Assembly: GCA_002794465.1 (NCBI GenBank) | Contig: MTSL01000093.1 | Coordinates: forward strand, 1 to 32,000 | Length of the DNA stretch: 32,000 bases | Origin: Paramicrosporidium saccamoebae KSL3 | Taxonomy: Eukaryota > Fungi > Cryptomycota | Direction: 5' to 3' | In this document: positions 1 to 9,159 of the stretch, piece by piece | How positions within the stretch are numbered: position 1 is the stretch's first letter | Layout: the number at the start of each line of letters is the position of its first letter | The notes under the pieces: generated by a model | Databases searched by the model: none | Seen by the model: the letters and a program-made list of their open reading frames with translations, nothing else | Told to the model about the DNA's origin: nothing | Position numbers and translations under genes: made by a program

Positions 1-168
1 ACTTGTAGACTTGTAGACGTTTGGACTCTTTACAAGTTGTAATGCATATGGTAACGCATCGAGCTGCTTGATAATGATTGGATGTGATGGGATGGCGGGA
101 TAATAAGGCGGGACGCGCAAAGGTGCTGAAACCCCGCCAAAACCATCTGAGATTGTGTTTTGCGTCCG

Positions 169-1332
169 ATGGAGCATTATGCGGTCGGGTACGACTCTTT
201 TGCGGGACCCTCCCTCACCATCCAACCCGAGGAGCTCGACCGACTGGACGCATCACACATTGAGCCCGACTCGCCGCAAGTATCCATCGACGCCGCCCGA
301 TATCGAAACCTGGAGAATAGTATTAACGGGACGTTGAAAGGGTACTCCGAATGGTCGACAAAACGTAGCGCCCCACCCAAAGAGTATTCCGAATGGCCAG
401 CAAAGCACGGTGGATATAGTAACGATTATGGAGGACAACCATTCACTCCGCCCTCGAGTCAGCCGTTCAGTGCTGAAAAACCGCCATCATTTATTAGGAC
501 GACGCCCAATGCGCCTGGAATGGGGACAGATGAAATGCAAAGAGTCTTGGAACAGCGTGTCGACATGGTCCGGAAGGAAGAAGGCGAACGGGTGAGACGG
601 CTGGACGGTGAATACCGACAACAGTTGTCAAAGCTACAAAAAGATTTGGATGAAATGCTCTATCAGCACCAGCAGGTCATCAAACTGAAAAATGAAGTGG
701 AGAATGGTCTGCAGATGGAGTTGGATGCTGCCAAGAAGGACCTGCGAAGGGAACGAGACCAACGTGAAACGGAACGCGAAAAATTACAACGGACCATAAG
801 GGATTTAAAGGACAGGATACGAGATTTGGAACGAAGGCCTTCGGGAAGGGTGAGAACTGTTTCGTTTGCCGACAGCGATGACCGCTGTGATTATCAGAGA
901 AAGTTGGTTGAGCTGCAGAGGGAGAATGATGCCAAGATTTCCAGTTTGGTGAGGCATTTTGAAAAGGAAAAGTCAGCAGCCATCGAAATCCTCAAAACAA
1001 AGATCAAGGCCGAAATCAGTCTGCTCATTCCAAGGATAAAGGAGCAATGTCAACGGGCATATGTCGGAAAGGTTCAAGATCTTCGAGATAGCTTATCCTC
1101 CCAGTACCAGAGCCAATACGACGAAACACTGCGTCGGCTCAAGGAAGAACATGCGCTGGAACGTCGGCTCTGGCAAAGACAGACACGCGACCAGTTGGAG
1201 TATTGCAAATCGGAGATTGTCCAGAAACTACGCGCCAAATACGAGCTGCGCATCTTGGATGTGCAGAACGAATGCGAGCGTCGGATTCTCGACCGGATGC
1301 GCCGCTACGACAGTGACGAGTCTTTTTCGTAG
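169..1332 (+). CDS. Hypothetical coiled-coil protein: low-complexity N-terminus, long E/R/K/Q-rich helical C-terminal two-thirds
   Basis: Open frame 160..1332 with first ATG at 169. Charged heptad-like helices (e.g. LQMELDAAKKDLRRERDQRETEREKLQRTIRDLKDRIRDLE). No family recognised. Confidence 0.75.
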   Translation: MEHYAVGYDSFAGPSLTIQPEELDRLDASHIEPDSPQVSIDAARYRNLENSINGTLKGYSEWSTKRSAPPKEYSEWPAKHGGYSNDYGGQPFTPPSSQPFSAEKPPSFIRTTPNAPGMGTDEMQRVLEQRVDMVRKEEGERVRRLDGEYRQQLSKLQKDLDEMLYQHQQVIKLKNEVENGLQMELDAAKKDLRRERDQRETEREKLQRTIRDLKDRIRDLERRPSGRVRTVSFADSDDRCDYQRKLVELQRENDAKISSLVRHFEKEKSAAIEILKTKIKAEISLLIPRIKEQCQRAYVGKVQDLRDSLSSQYQSQYDETLRRLKEEHALERRLWQRQTRDQLEYCKSEIVQKLRAKYELRILDVQNECERRILDRMRRYDSDESFS

Positions 1333-1352
1333 ATTTTTGTATAAATTCTTTT

Positions 1353-2228
1353 ATGGAGCTGAAAGAGCTGTTGCAGAGACGAGAATGGCTGGCGCGAGAA
1401 AGGAGGCGGGTGCAAAGCAGCATTCGACGGTATATTGCTGCACGTGTGGAGCCGCAATGGAATGAGTCTCTGACAGAATACAACGACGCGCAAGTATATT
1501 GGAGTGCCAATGGTCTCTGGTTGTTGGTCATCCGTGGACCGGTCTGGAGAATGCACACCCTTCGGGACGGCCATTGGAAGCTCCAATCCGGGACAGCAGA
1601 GTCTGAAGTGCAGGCCATACGAAATGACGGCAGCATTGTCCAGTCCGATGATGCTGACTGGAATGTACAATACAACCACCTACACGACACTATTTTAAAA
1701 TGGCGAAACTGGGAATATTGCATAATCCAACGCAAGGATCAGTGTACAGTTAAGAATGATTTGCGCGCAGTTGAGCCTGAGGTCCAGCAGCACTCACGAG
1801 ACATATCAGGAATGCTACTTGACGACCAAAGGAACTGCTGGATACAGGATGAAAAGGGCCTTGTGAATCAAGATATATTTGTACAGCTGGAGCCCACATG
1901 GAGGGTACTGGAGGTCCGAAACATGGAATCGTTGCTATGGCTGTTGGTGGAACGCGATGGCGGGGTGGCAACTCATGTTTATCGCAACGCAGAGTGTGTG
2001 TACACAAAATTTGTCTCTCTGGAATGCTTTGGCGTTTGCAAAGACGCCATTTTCGGATTCCGTGTAGGTAAAATTGTGAAATTGTCTATTGCCGACCTGC
2101 AAGAGGAGGCCATCTTTCCGCTATCTAAAGACGCGGCGGTCATTAAGATAAGTGCGCCTTATTCACGACCAATGTTTATATCACTACAATATTCCGATGG
2201 TTCATTGGAAATTATTACCAATTTATAA
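1353..2228 (+). CDS. Hypothetical protein, 291 aa: short N-terminal helix then beta-rich, Trp-rich segments (possible degenerate propeller)
   Basis: Long ATG-started ORF filling the gap between neighbours, followed by AT-rich 3' sequence. No recognisable motif. Confidence 0.65.
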   Translation: MELKELLQRREWLARERRRVQSSIRRYIAARVEPQWNESLTEYNDAQVYWSANGLWLLVIRGPVWRMHTLRDGHWKLQSGTAESEVQAIRNDGSIVQSDDADWNVQYNHLHDTILKWRNWEYCIIQRKDQCTVKNDLRAVEPEVQQHSRDISGMLLDDQRNCWIQDEKGLVNQDIFVQLEPTWRVLEVRNMESLLWLLVERDGGVATHVYRNAECVYTKFVSLECFGVCKDAIFGFRVGKIVKLSIADLQEEAIFPLSKDAAVIKISAPYSRPMFISLQYSDGSLEIITNL

Positions 2229-2459
2229 TTTGCTTAGTTTTGACTACTAGCGAGTAGTGTCATTATGATGGGGGGTATGAGTATAGCGCACCATTACAGC
2301 ACACAAGCACATTATTATAACACATCAAACAACTACAGATCAAGGATAAATGGTATTTATTACAGACTTTCCAACCTGCATGCTTTAGCAAACTTTACAA
2401 TCACACAACTTCATCTTCTTACACCTCTGCAGCCCCATAATCATGCAACCTCTTCAACG

Positions 2460-3644
2460 TTATATATCGGCATGCTTTTCGGCAAAGGATCTCATAAATG
2501 CGGCCACCCTCATCACCTCTTCTGTTCGGACTGCATTGTACAGGGATACTCGGATGCCTCCCACACTGCGATGGCCCCGTAGTCCTGTTAGGCCCCGTCC
2601 TTCGGCATCTCGCACAAACTCATCCTCCAACTCGGGTGCCACTTGACCATCCGCCTTGACGATACGGAAGACGACATTCATGGAAGATTGAAAGTTGGGC
2701 GGGATGGGGGAACGATAGAAGCCGTCTGATTCGCTGATGCAGTGATACAATTGAGAGGCTTTGTGCTGGGCCAGTTGCTCAATATGGACGAGGGTGCCGA
2801 AACGAGTCCCCAGCCATTCAAACACGTAATTGCACACGCTGATGGCCGAACAGGGCGGGGTATTATGCAGGGAATGGGATTTGTCAAAGATGCAGTAATC
2901 CAGTGTGGTTGGAATGGGTAGCAATGGAGGAGCGGCTACAGTGAGGAGATTGCGACGAACAATCGCCACAGTGACGCCCGCCGGTCCAAAGTTTTTCTGG
3001 GCTGTGGCAAAGATTACACCGAATCGACGCACATTAACGGGACGAGAGAGAAAGTTTGAGCTCATATCCACTACAATGGGAGCATTACAGCCACAAGCAT
3101 CGAGCATGTCGGGAATGTAATCCGAGGAGGGCATCTCAATGCCATCAATGGTCTCATTGTCGCAGTAGTACACATAGGACGTCGTCTCTCGTGACAAATT
3201 CCACTCTGAAGGACAAGTAAACGCCATTTCTCCCTTTGTCTTGTTGAACAGCTGGATTTGGTTTACTTGCAGATCAGTATGTGCCAGCAGTCGTTCAGCT
3301 TCCTGGGCGGCTTTGGACGACCAAGAACCAGAAATCAAATAGTCTACTTGGCGTTTGGCAGGGTCCTGTCTCACCAGGTTAAGCACAACGGCAGCAAATT
3401 GCGCCGTTCCACCGCCTGCCATGAACAGCACAGCGTATTCGGTGGGAATGTCCATCATGCTACGCAATCTCTCCTCCGTCTCCTGCATCATTGCCATGTA
3501 TTCGGTTGAGCGATGACTGACCTCCAGGATGCCCACACCCGTTCCCCGCCAGTTCACAATGTCATCCTGTGTCCTTCTCAGCACCTCTTCGGGTATCTTT
3601 GCAGGTCCTGCGCCGAAATACGCAACATCCCGCACCGGCGTCAT
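2460..3644 (-). CDS. SER1: Phosphoserine aminotransferase (PLP-dependent, class V)
   Basis: Motifs YFGAGPAKIP, EVSHRS, GGGTAQF, VDMSSNFLSRP, AQKNFGPAG (PLP lysine), NTPP, GHRSVGGIRVSLYNA. Confidence 0.97.
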   Translation of the reverse strand: MTPVRDVAYFGAGPAKIPEEVLRRTQDDIVNWRGTGVGILEVSHRSTEYMAMMQETEERLRSMMDIPTEYAVLFMAGGGTAQFAAVVLNLVRQDPAKRQVDYLISGSWSSKAAQEAERLLAHTDLQVNQIQLFNKTKGEMAFTCPSEWNLSRETTSYVYYCDNETIDGIEMPSSDYIPDMLDACGCNAPIVVDMSSNFLSRPVNVRRFGVIFATAQKNFGPAGVTVAIVRRNLLTVAAPPLLPIPTTLDYCIFDKSHSLHNTPPCSAISVCNYVFEWLGTRFGTLVHIEQLAQHKASQLYHCISESDGFYRSPIPPNFQSSMNVVFRIVKADGQVAPELEDEFVRDAEGRGLTGLRGHRSVGGIRVSLYNAVRTEEVMRVAAFMRSFAEKHADI

Positions 3645-3831
3645 AACAATTAATGCGCATTAATTGGGCGTGCCATTGCTGATTGGTTGGGTCTGAGAAA
3701 TCCAATTGGCCGAGAGGAGCACACCCAATAACAGAGACAAGTGGTTGTAAAGTTAGAAGGAACACCAACAGAAACGTCCACTTGAGCGCATCCGCCGGAT
3801 ATATAGCCCATATTGATTAAAGAAACGGGAG
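3645..3831. promoter_or_regulatory. Bidirectional promoter region with clustered CCAAT/ATTGG boxes
   Basis: Between divergent ATGs at 3644 and 3832: ATTGG at 3663 and 3682, palindromic CCAATTGG at 3702-3709, CCAAT at 3725. Confidence 0.55.
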
Positions 3832-5599
3832 ATGGCGATCCGTGAGGGAAATGACAATGTTGAGCTGACGGAGGAGCAGGTCAAGGTGCGACCATAGGCA
3901 GATGCTAATAGTTTAGATGGTCACAGGATTCATGAAGACACATCCTGAAGTGACCCGGGCCACGGCGCTCAAATTCATGTTGGGACGCAAGTTTGTAGAG
4001 GAGCGTGCTGAAGAGTGTTACCGAAATTACCAGAAAACGGTCCTGGACCATCACTTTGAACACGTTACTGTATCGGACGTATTGGAGGAGCTGCGGACCC
4101 AAAAGCTGTACATTCCCGGCACCCGCGACCGCAGTGGTGCCGCCCTATTTATTATCAATGCGGGAAAGCACGTACCGGGACAATTTCCGAATGAGTCGAC
4201 CCTACGATTGGCCTTTTACCTGGGCGAAGTGCTGACATCAAATCCTAAGACGTCAGAGATTGGGGTCACAGTGATCAGTAATATGGAAGGGATGGAATGG
4301 GCAAATTTCGACAATCAGTTTCAGAGGACGGTGATTGACTTTTTCCAAAGCAACATTCCAGCGCGAGTGAAGAATATTATTCTGTATAAAAGTCCATGGT
4401 GGGTGTCCATGTTGGTCAAAATGGTTTCTCCCTTTCTCAAACAAAAAATGCGAGATCGGATCCATATTTGTGGGGAGGGCGACTTGGACCAGTTCATTGA
4501 GAAGACACAATTACCCAACGATTTGGGGGGCACCTTTGTCTATGACCACGACGTCTTTATTAGGAAGGAAATGACCAAAGTACCTTCAACTTCATTTCTC
4601 AAGTCGGGGGCAGCCAGTCCCAAGATGGAAAGGTTGGAAGAGACGCACACCCCTCCGCCGGGAACTATCATGTTGGTCAGCGACGAACTCGCCACTGAAC
4701 TGCAGGCGGAGCGACAGCGTGTCCTCGCTGAACTTGACGATAAAATCCGTCGACGTCGCGAATCATTGCAAAGTCATACTTTACCCCTTGATATTTCCAA
4801 AATTGTACGTTCCAAATCGGCCCGAATGTCGGTCGATATGGATGCTCTTCCCAGTTTGGAGCCAAACATTTTGCATCTCCGGGATGCGCGTATTGAGGGT
4901 CAGGCGAGCATGTTGTTGGAGACGGAAAAGTCGCCCTTGGCTGAGCGACCCGGCGAAGATTATGACCCTGAAAAGCTGACAGATCGCATCAGAAAGAGCA
5001 TTCGGAAGGACCGTGGAGAGTTTTTAAAGAAAATGAGACGACAAGCTCAGGTAAGCGGTGCTTCTAAGGCGTCCTACTCGTTGGAGATTAAAACGGATGA
5101 TGAGATGCAAACTAATTACGGGCCTCCCGATGAGCAGTCTGGAGAGCACTATGAAATGCAACCTGATGAAGGGCCGGATGGGCAGTCTGAAACGTCAGAA
5201 CGCTCTTTGGTGCCTGTGGAACGGGAAGAAGTGGGTAAGGCACCACTCCTTCCACCACCAAAGTCAAAGTTTACTACCATTGTCCCCGCATCGCGCAATA
5301 TTGTGAGTATGGATGTCAGCGACGCTAATCCCGACGAACCATCAAGTGCCATCGTTCTCGATAGTGAGACCCACTCGGAATCTGCTGTTCTCAGGTCCAC
5401 CCCGTCACCAAAGTCACCTCTAAAGGAAGAAATCACTCTTCCTCCCGAGTTTCTTGCCTCAATGATGTCATCGAGGAGGAGTAGTAGAACGGAATCAAGG
5501 AGATCAAGGACGTCGACTGATGCCGAAGACGGGGTTAGGCAGAGTCGTGGACGTCGACAAAGAACTGCAATTGTATTTAACCCTCCAAACCAGGAATGA
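3832..5599 (+). CDS. CRAL-TRIO (Sec14-like) lipid-binding domain protein with long charged/disordered C-terminal tail; exons 3832-3885, 3917-5599
   Basis: LKFMLGRKF (CRAL-TRIO N), GTRDRSGAALFII, VISNMEG, IPARVKNIILYKSPWW, VSPFLKQKMRDRIH, QLPNDLGGT. 31-nt intron 3886-3916 (GTGCGA..GCTAAT..TTTAG) joins MAIREGNDNVELTEEQVK in frame. Confidence 0.88.
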
Positions 5600-5651
5600 G
5601 TTCAAAATCATAAATCTGCATAACGTTCCAAATTGCAATAAATACCGTTTA

Positions 5652-6745
5652 TTAGGACGAAATGGATGCAAGGGTTCGCAGCAAATCTTCAGGCGACAGC
5701 GAGTGTCTCAATTTGGCCCCCAGTTTTTTCAGACGGTCTTCGTAATCCTCAATAGTGTGCATTTTTCGCAGAATTACTTCATCAGGCTGGGAGAGTACTT
5801 TATAAATCAGCATCAGTAATTCGTATTCCTTGCATTCTTGCTCGTAAGTTGTGATGAGCGTCTGTTGGTCTTGGTGTGCGTTGGTTAGATATTCTTCCTT
5901 GGCTTTGATATTGAGATCGAGAGACAGACTATCTAAGAGGATTGGCGTCTCGACTTCTAATGGACAGGGACAGCTGGAAACAATTTCTACTGGGACTGAA
6001 GTTACATGGGCCATCTTTCCTCGTCGAGGACTTGTAGCCTCACATTCGTTGGTGATTGACAGACGTCGCCTCCTCGTCTTTCGCTTTGGTCCCTCCTCAA
6101 AGCCCTCTGACGTCTCCAACTCTTCCGCCCGCAGCTGATCCAGTAGTTCATTGATTGCCATCGTACTGACGCCGTCCAACTCGTCCCGATATGGGAGACT
6201 TCCTGCATCTACCCCCGACAACAGATCCAAATCCGTCAAGGCGTATTCCTGGAGGGTGGCCAGCACCCGTTCCTGGGAGTTTTCGCAACGGAATGCGCAG
6301 AATTCGCGGGTGGTCTGTTCAGTGTCACGAACTGCCACCAGTCCCACCAGTGGGACAAGCCAATCCACCAGTTCGTCGACCAGTCGTCCGCTGCTGTTGG
6401 CAATCAACACTCGGAGGGCATGACGCGTGAATGCATCAAAGTAGGCGGCAGCGAGGCGGGGGAGAGCACATTCCCGGTCCAAGAGTATGCACCAGCCGAG
6501 AACGGTTTCTTCCTGCGCTGTGCATAGGTGCAGGTTGAAGAGGGTTGCAAAGTGCTGTCCAAAGCGCTCAAACGGCAAAAACTTTGTGGCAGTAACCTTG
6601 ATGCCTGTTGCGATGCTGCTTCGGGTTCCAATCAATAGACCTTGCAGTGGATGACCTTTTTGGCTATTCTGAAGCGACAGCAAAATATCTACCATGCCGT
6701 CAGAGCTGCTCCTTTCCGTATACCTTTTGCTATGTAAAGCACCAT
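5652..6745 (-). CDS. Putative MPN-like (non-catalytic) domain + coiled-coil protein, resembling Abraxas/ABRO1 (FAM175); exons 6745-6724, 6688-5652
   Basis: Predicted 35-nt intron 6723-6689 (GTATAC..CTGAC..GGTAG) gives MVLYIAKDILLSLQNSQKGHPLQGLLIG..TATKFLPF..ETVLGWC, an MPN-like pattern without the JAMM HxH motif. C-terminal coiled coil. The CDS is solid; the family call is tentative. Confidence 0.45.
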
Positions 6746-6773
6746 CCAATCAAATCAGTCGCTGTAAGCTCAA

Positions 6774-7406
6774 ATGACTGAGGAGGTTAGGAGGGTGTCT
6801 GCCCAACATTTGGACACCATCGTACTCTAAGACAAAATGTGTAACAGTAGACGGGACAAACAGTAGACCTGATACCGTATGCAAAGGAACACGTTCCGTT
6901 GATGAACAAGTGGCTGCAAGACCCAGAAATGCAACAATTGGTAGCCACCGAGGCTATCACCCTCGAGGCTGACTATGTCTTCCAAGCGGAAGTGGAACAG
7001 TCGACAGACAGTGCTGTCACATCCTCTGACTGAATGTGTAGAAATGATCAAAATCATCCGAACCAGGAATGGCGACATTATTGGCGATATTGACTTGTAC
7101 TTTTTTCCCGAGGGAGAGGCTGAGATCAACATTATGATCGCCTCTCCCGAATGGCGTCGCCACGGATACGCCAGCGAGGCATTGACTCTGGCAATGCAAT
7201 ACGCCATACAACGCACCAAAACGCGCAAATTTATCGCCAAGATTGGTCAGAAGAACGAGGCGAGTTTGCGGTTCTTTGAACGACACGGCTTCCAACTCAC
7301 CCAAGTAGATCCCAATGTATTTGACGAATATGTCTACGAATTGAATGCCGGAATGGTGCCTCTGGCTGATCTTGACATCCAAAGTCCCTTCCATATCACA
7401 GTCTAA
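6774..7406 (+). CDS. NAT9: GNAT N-acetyltransferase, NAT9 family; exons 6774-6821, 6851-7010, 7042-7406
   Basis: Spliced product GQTVDLIPYAKEHVPLMNKWLQDPEMQQLVATEAITLEADY..DKMIKII..IGDIDLY..EINIMIASPEWRRHGYASEAL..AKIGQKNEASLRFF. Introns 6822-6850 (29 nt) and 7011-7041 (31 nt). Confidence 0.88.
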
Positions 7407-7408
7407 TT

Positions 7409-7414
7409 AATAAA
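7409..7414 (+). terminator. AATAAA polyadenylation-signal-like hexamer 2 nt after the NAT9 stop
   Basis: TAA-TT-AATAAA. Confidence 0.4.
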
Positions 7415-7461
7415 GCGAGTTGACACCTAGCGCATCGACGAGTTGCCCCGGTCTGTATAGA

Positions 7462-9147
7462 ATGGACGGATTTGGAGTTGAGAAGGCGGTGGGCATATGC
7501 GAGTTTGTTAATAAGGACTGCACCGGCTTTAGCGGTATACTGAAACATCGATTCTCGGATTTCAAAGTATCCGAAGTCAGTCTGGACGGCGAGGTGGCCA
7601 TTCTCTCAGACCGAATCTGCGACCCGAGCATTTTGAAAAAGGAAGAGCCAGAAACAGATGCTCAAGTTGTCACTTTAGAGATTCTTAAAGATGCATTTGA
7701 TCCGATCATAATGGATGAGGCGCTTTTGCAAAATATTCTGGACCAACGCGATAGCGTGACTACTGGTCTGATCCCATGCAAAGAGGACCGCACACGAATC
7801 CACCACACCATCCGTGCCCTCTTCAAAGGTCGACTCCAATCCGAATCCACTGGAGATCAAATAGTCATCTATCCCCGTCGTGCCGTTCTCGGAGAGAAGC
7901 GGAAACACGACCAGCGCAACACTCAACCCGTTGGTCAGCACCGTTTCCTGCGCTTCGTCCTACATAAGGAGAACATGGACACGCTAGAGGCGGTCCAGCT
8001 TCTCTCCAAAAGACTACACATGTCAGCCCGAGACTTTTCATATGCTGGAACCAAGGATCGGAGAGGTATAACGGGACAATGGATGGTGGGTAGAAGCGTG
8101 ACAGTGGGACGAATAATGGGAATCAACAAGCTGTTTGAGGATGGCAGGTTAAAGGTCAGTAATATCGAGGTGGCCGAGGGTCCCCTTAGTCTTGGCGATT
8201 TGGCTGGCAATAGATTTGAACTGATTATCCGAAATGTTCATGGGAACGATGAAGAATCGATTGAAAAGACTATTGGCGACTTTAAAGACAATGGATTTCT
8301 AAATTACTTTGGATTGCAGAGATTTGGCACTGGCAACGTCTCTTCTCATGAGATTGGACTGGCACTCCTTCGTGGCGAATACTCTACCGCCATCAATCTC
8401 ATCCTCTCTCCCCGGGACGGCGAACCCGATGAACGCGCTGCCACGGCACGTCGTCACTGGAAGGAGACAGGTGATGCACAAGCCGCACAAACAATGTTCC
8501 CTCATCGGTACACTGCGGAACGACAGATCTTGGCCCACATTGCCCGTAATCCCAATGACGCCAATGATCATCTTGGGGCCATTCTGGCTATCAATCGTGA
8601 ATTGAGGCTCATGTATGTGCATAGCGTCCAAAGTTTGATATGGAATCGGATGGCATCAGAGAGACATGTAAAACATGGACGAACTGTGGTCATTGGTGAT
8701 CTTGTGGATGGACCGACAATGGTGACAGAGGAGAATATTGGGAATTACACTGCCGATGATCTGATCCTTCCCATGCCGGGCTATGAATCAGTCTACCCAA
8801 AAAGTCTCGATTATGCGGCAGCCTTGAAAGATCTGTCGATTGATTGCATGGAGACGGCCTTCAAGCCCAAGAACAAGGCTTTATGGGATTTGCCTGGCGC
8901 TTATAGAAAAGTCTATGTGCGGGCCTCCAACGTGGAGCATCTTCTAGGGAGATATTCTTCTACCCTGGAGGAGATTTCAAAGTCTACGCTCCGTCCCGAG
9001 GGAGACCATTGTGGACTGTGGATCGCATTCACCCTCCCATCCTCCTGTTACGCCACCATGGCAATCCGCGAGCTGATGCATCGTAGCACCGATCCTCAGA
9101 CCCACAAGTCGCACACCCTCCTCCACAACCAGGACGCTAACGAATAA
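7462..9147 (+). CDS. PUS7: Pseudouridine synthase, TruD/Pus7 family
   Basis: FSGILKHRFSDFKVSE, LHKENMDT, YAGTKDRRGITGQ (catalytic Asp), LGDLAGNRFELIIRN, GFLNYFGLQRFG, YVHSVQSLIWN, LPGAYRK, FTLPSSCYATMAIRELM. First ATG at 7462. Confidence 0.96.
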   Translation: MDGFGVEKAVGICEFVNKDCTGFSGILKHRFSDFKVSEVSLDGEVAILSDRICDPSILKKEEPETDAQVVTLEILKDAFDPIIMDEALLQNILDQRDSVTTGLIPCKEDRTRIHHTIRALFKGRLQSESTGDQIVIYPRRAVLGEKRKHDQRNTQPVGQHRFLRFVLHKENMDTLEAVQLLSKRLHMSARDFSYAGTKDRRGITGQWMVGRSVTVGRIMGINKLFEDGRLKVSNIEVAEGPLSLGDLAGNRFELIIRNVHGNDEESIEKTIGDFKDNGFLNYFGLQRFGTGNVSSHEIGLALLRGEYSTAINLILSPRDGEPDERAATARRHWKETGDAQAAQTMFPHRYTAERQILAHIARNPNDANDHLGAILAINRELRLMYVHSVQSLIWNRMASERHVKHGRTVVIGDLVDGPTMVTEENIGNYTADDLILPMPGYESVYPKSLDYAAALKDLSIDCMETAFKPKNKALWDLPGAYRKVYVRASNVEHLLGRYSSTLEEISKSTLRPEGDHCGLWIAFTLPSSCYATMAIRELMHRSTDPQTHKSHTLLHNQDANE

Positions 9148-9151
9148 TAAA
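9146..9151 (+). terminator. AATAAA overlapping the PUS7 stop codon
   Basis: gaaTAATAAAttt. Confidence 0.45.
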
Positions 9152-9159
9152 TTTGTGTT

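Noticed and set aside
1329-1358. Intron fusing ORF1 and ORF2 into one gene
   Set aside because: The splice would create an immediate TGA, and the acceptor would be GAG, unlike the other introns.
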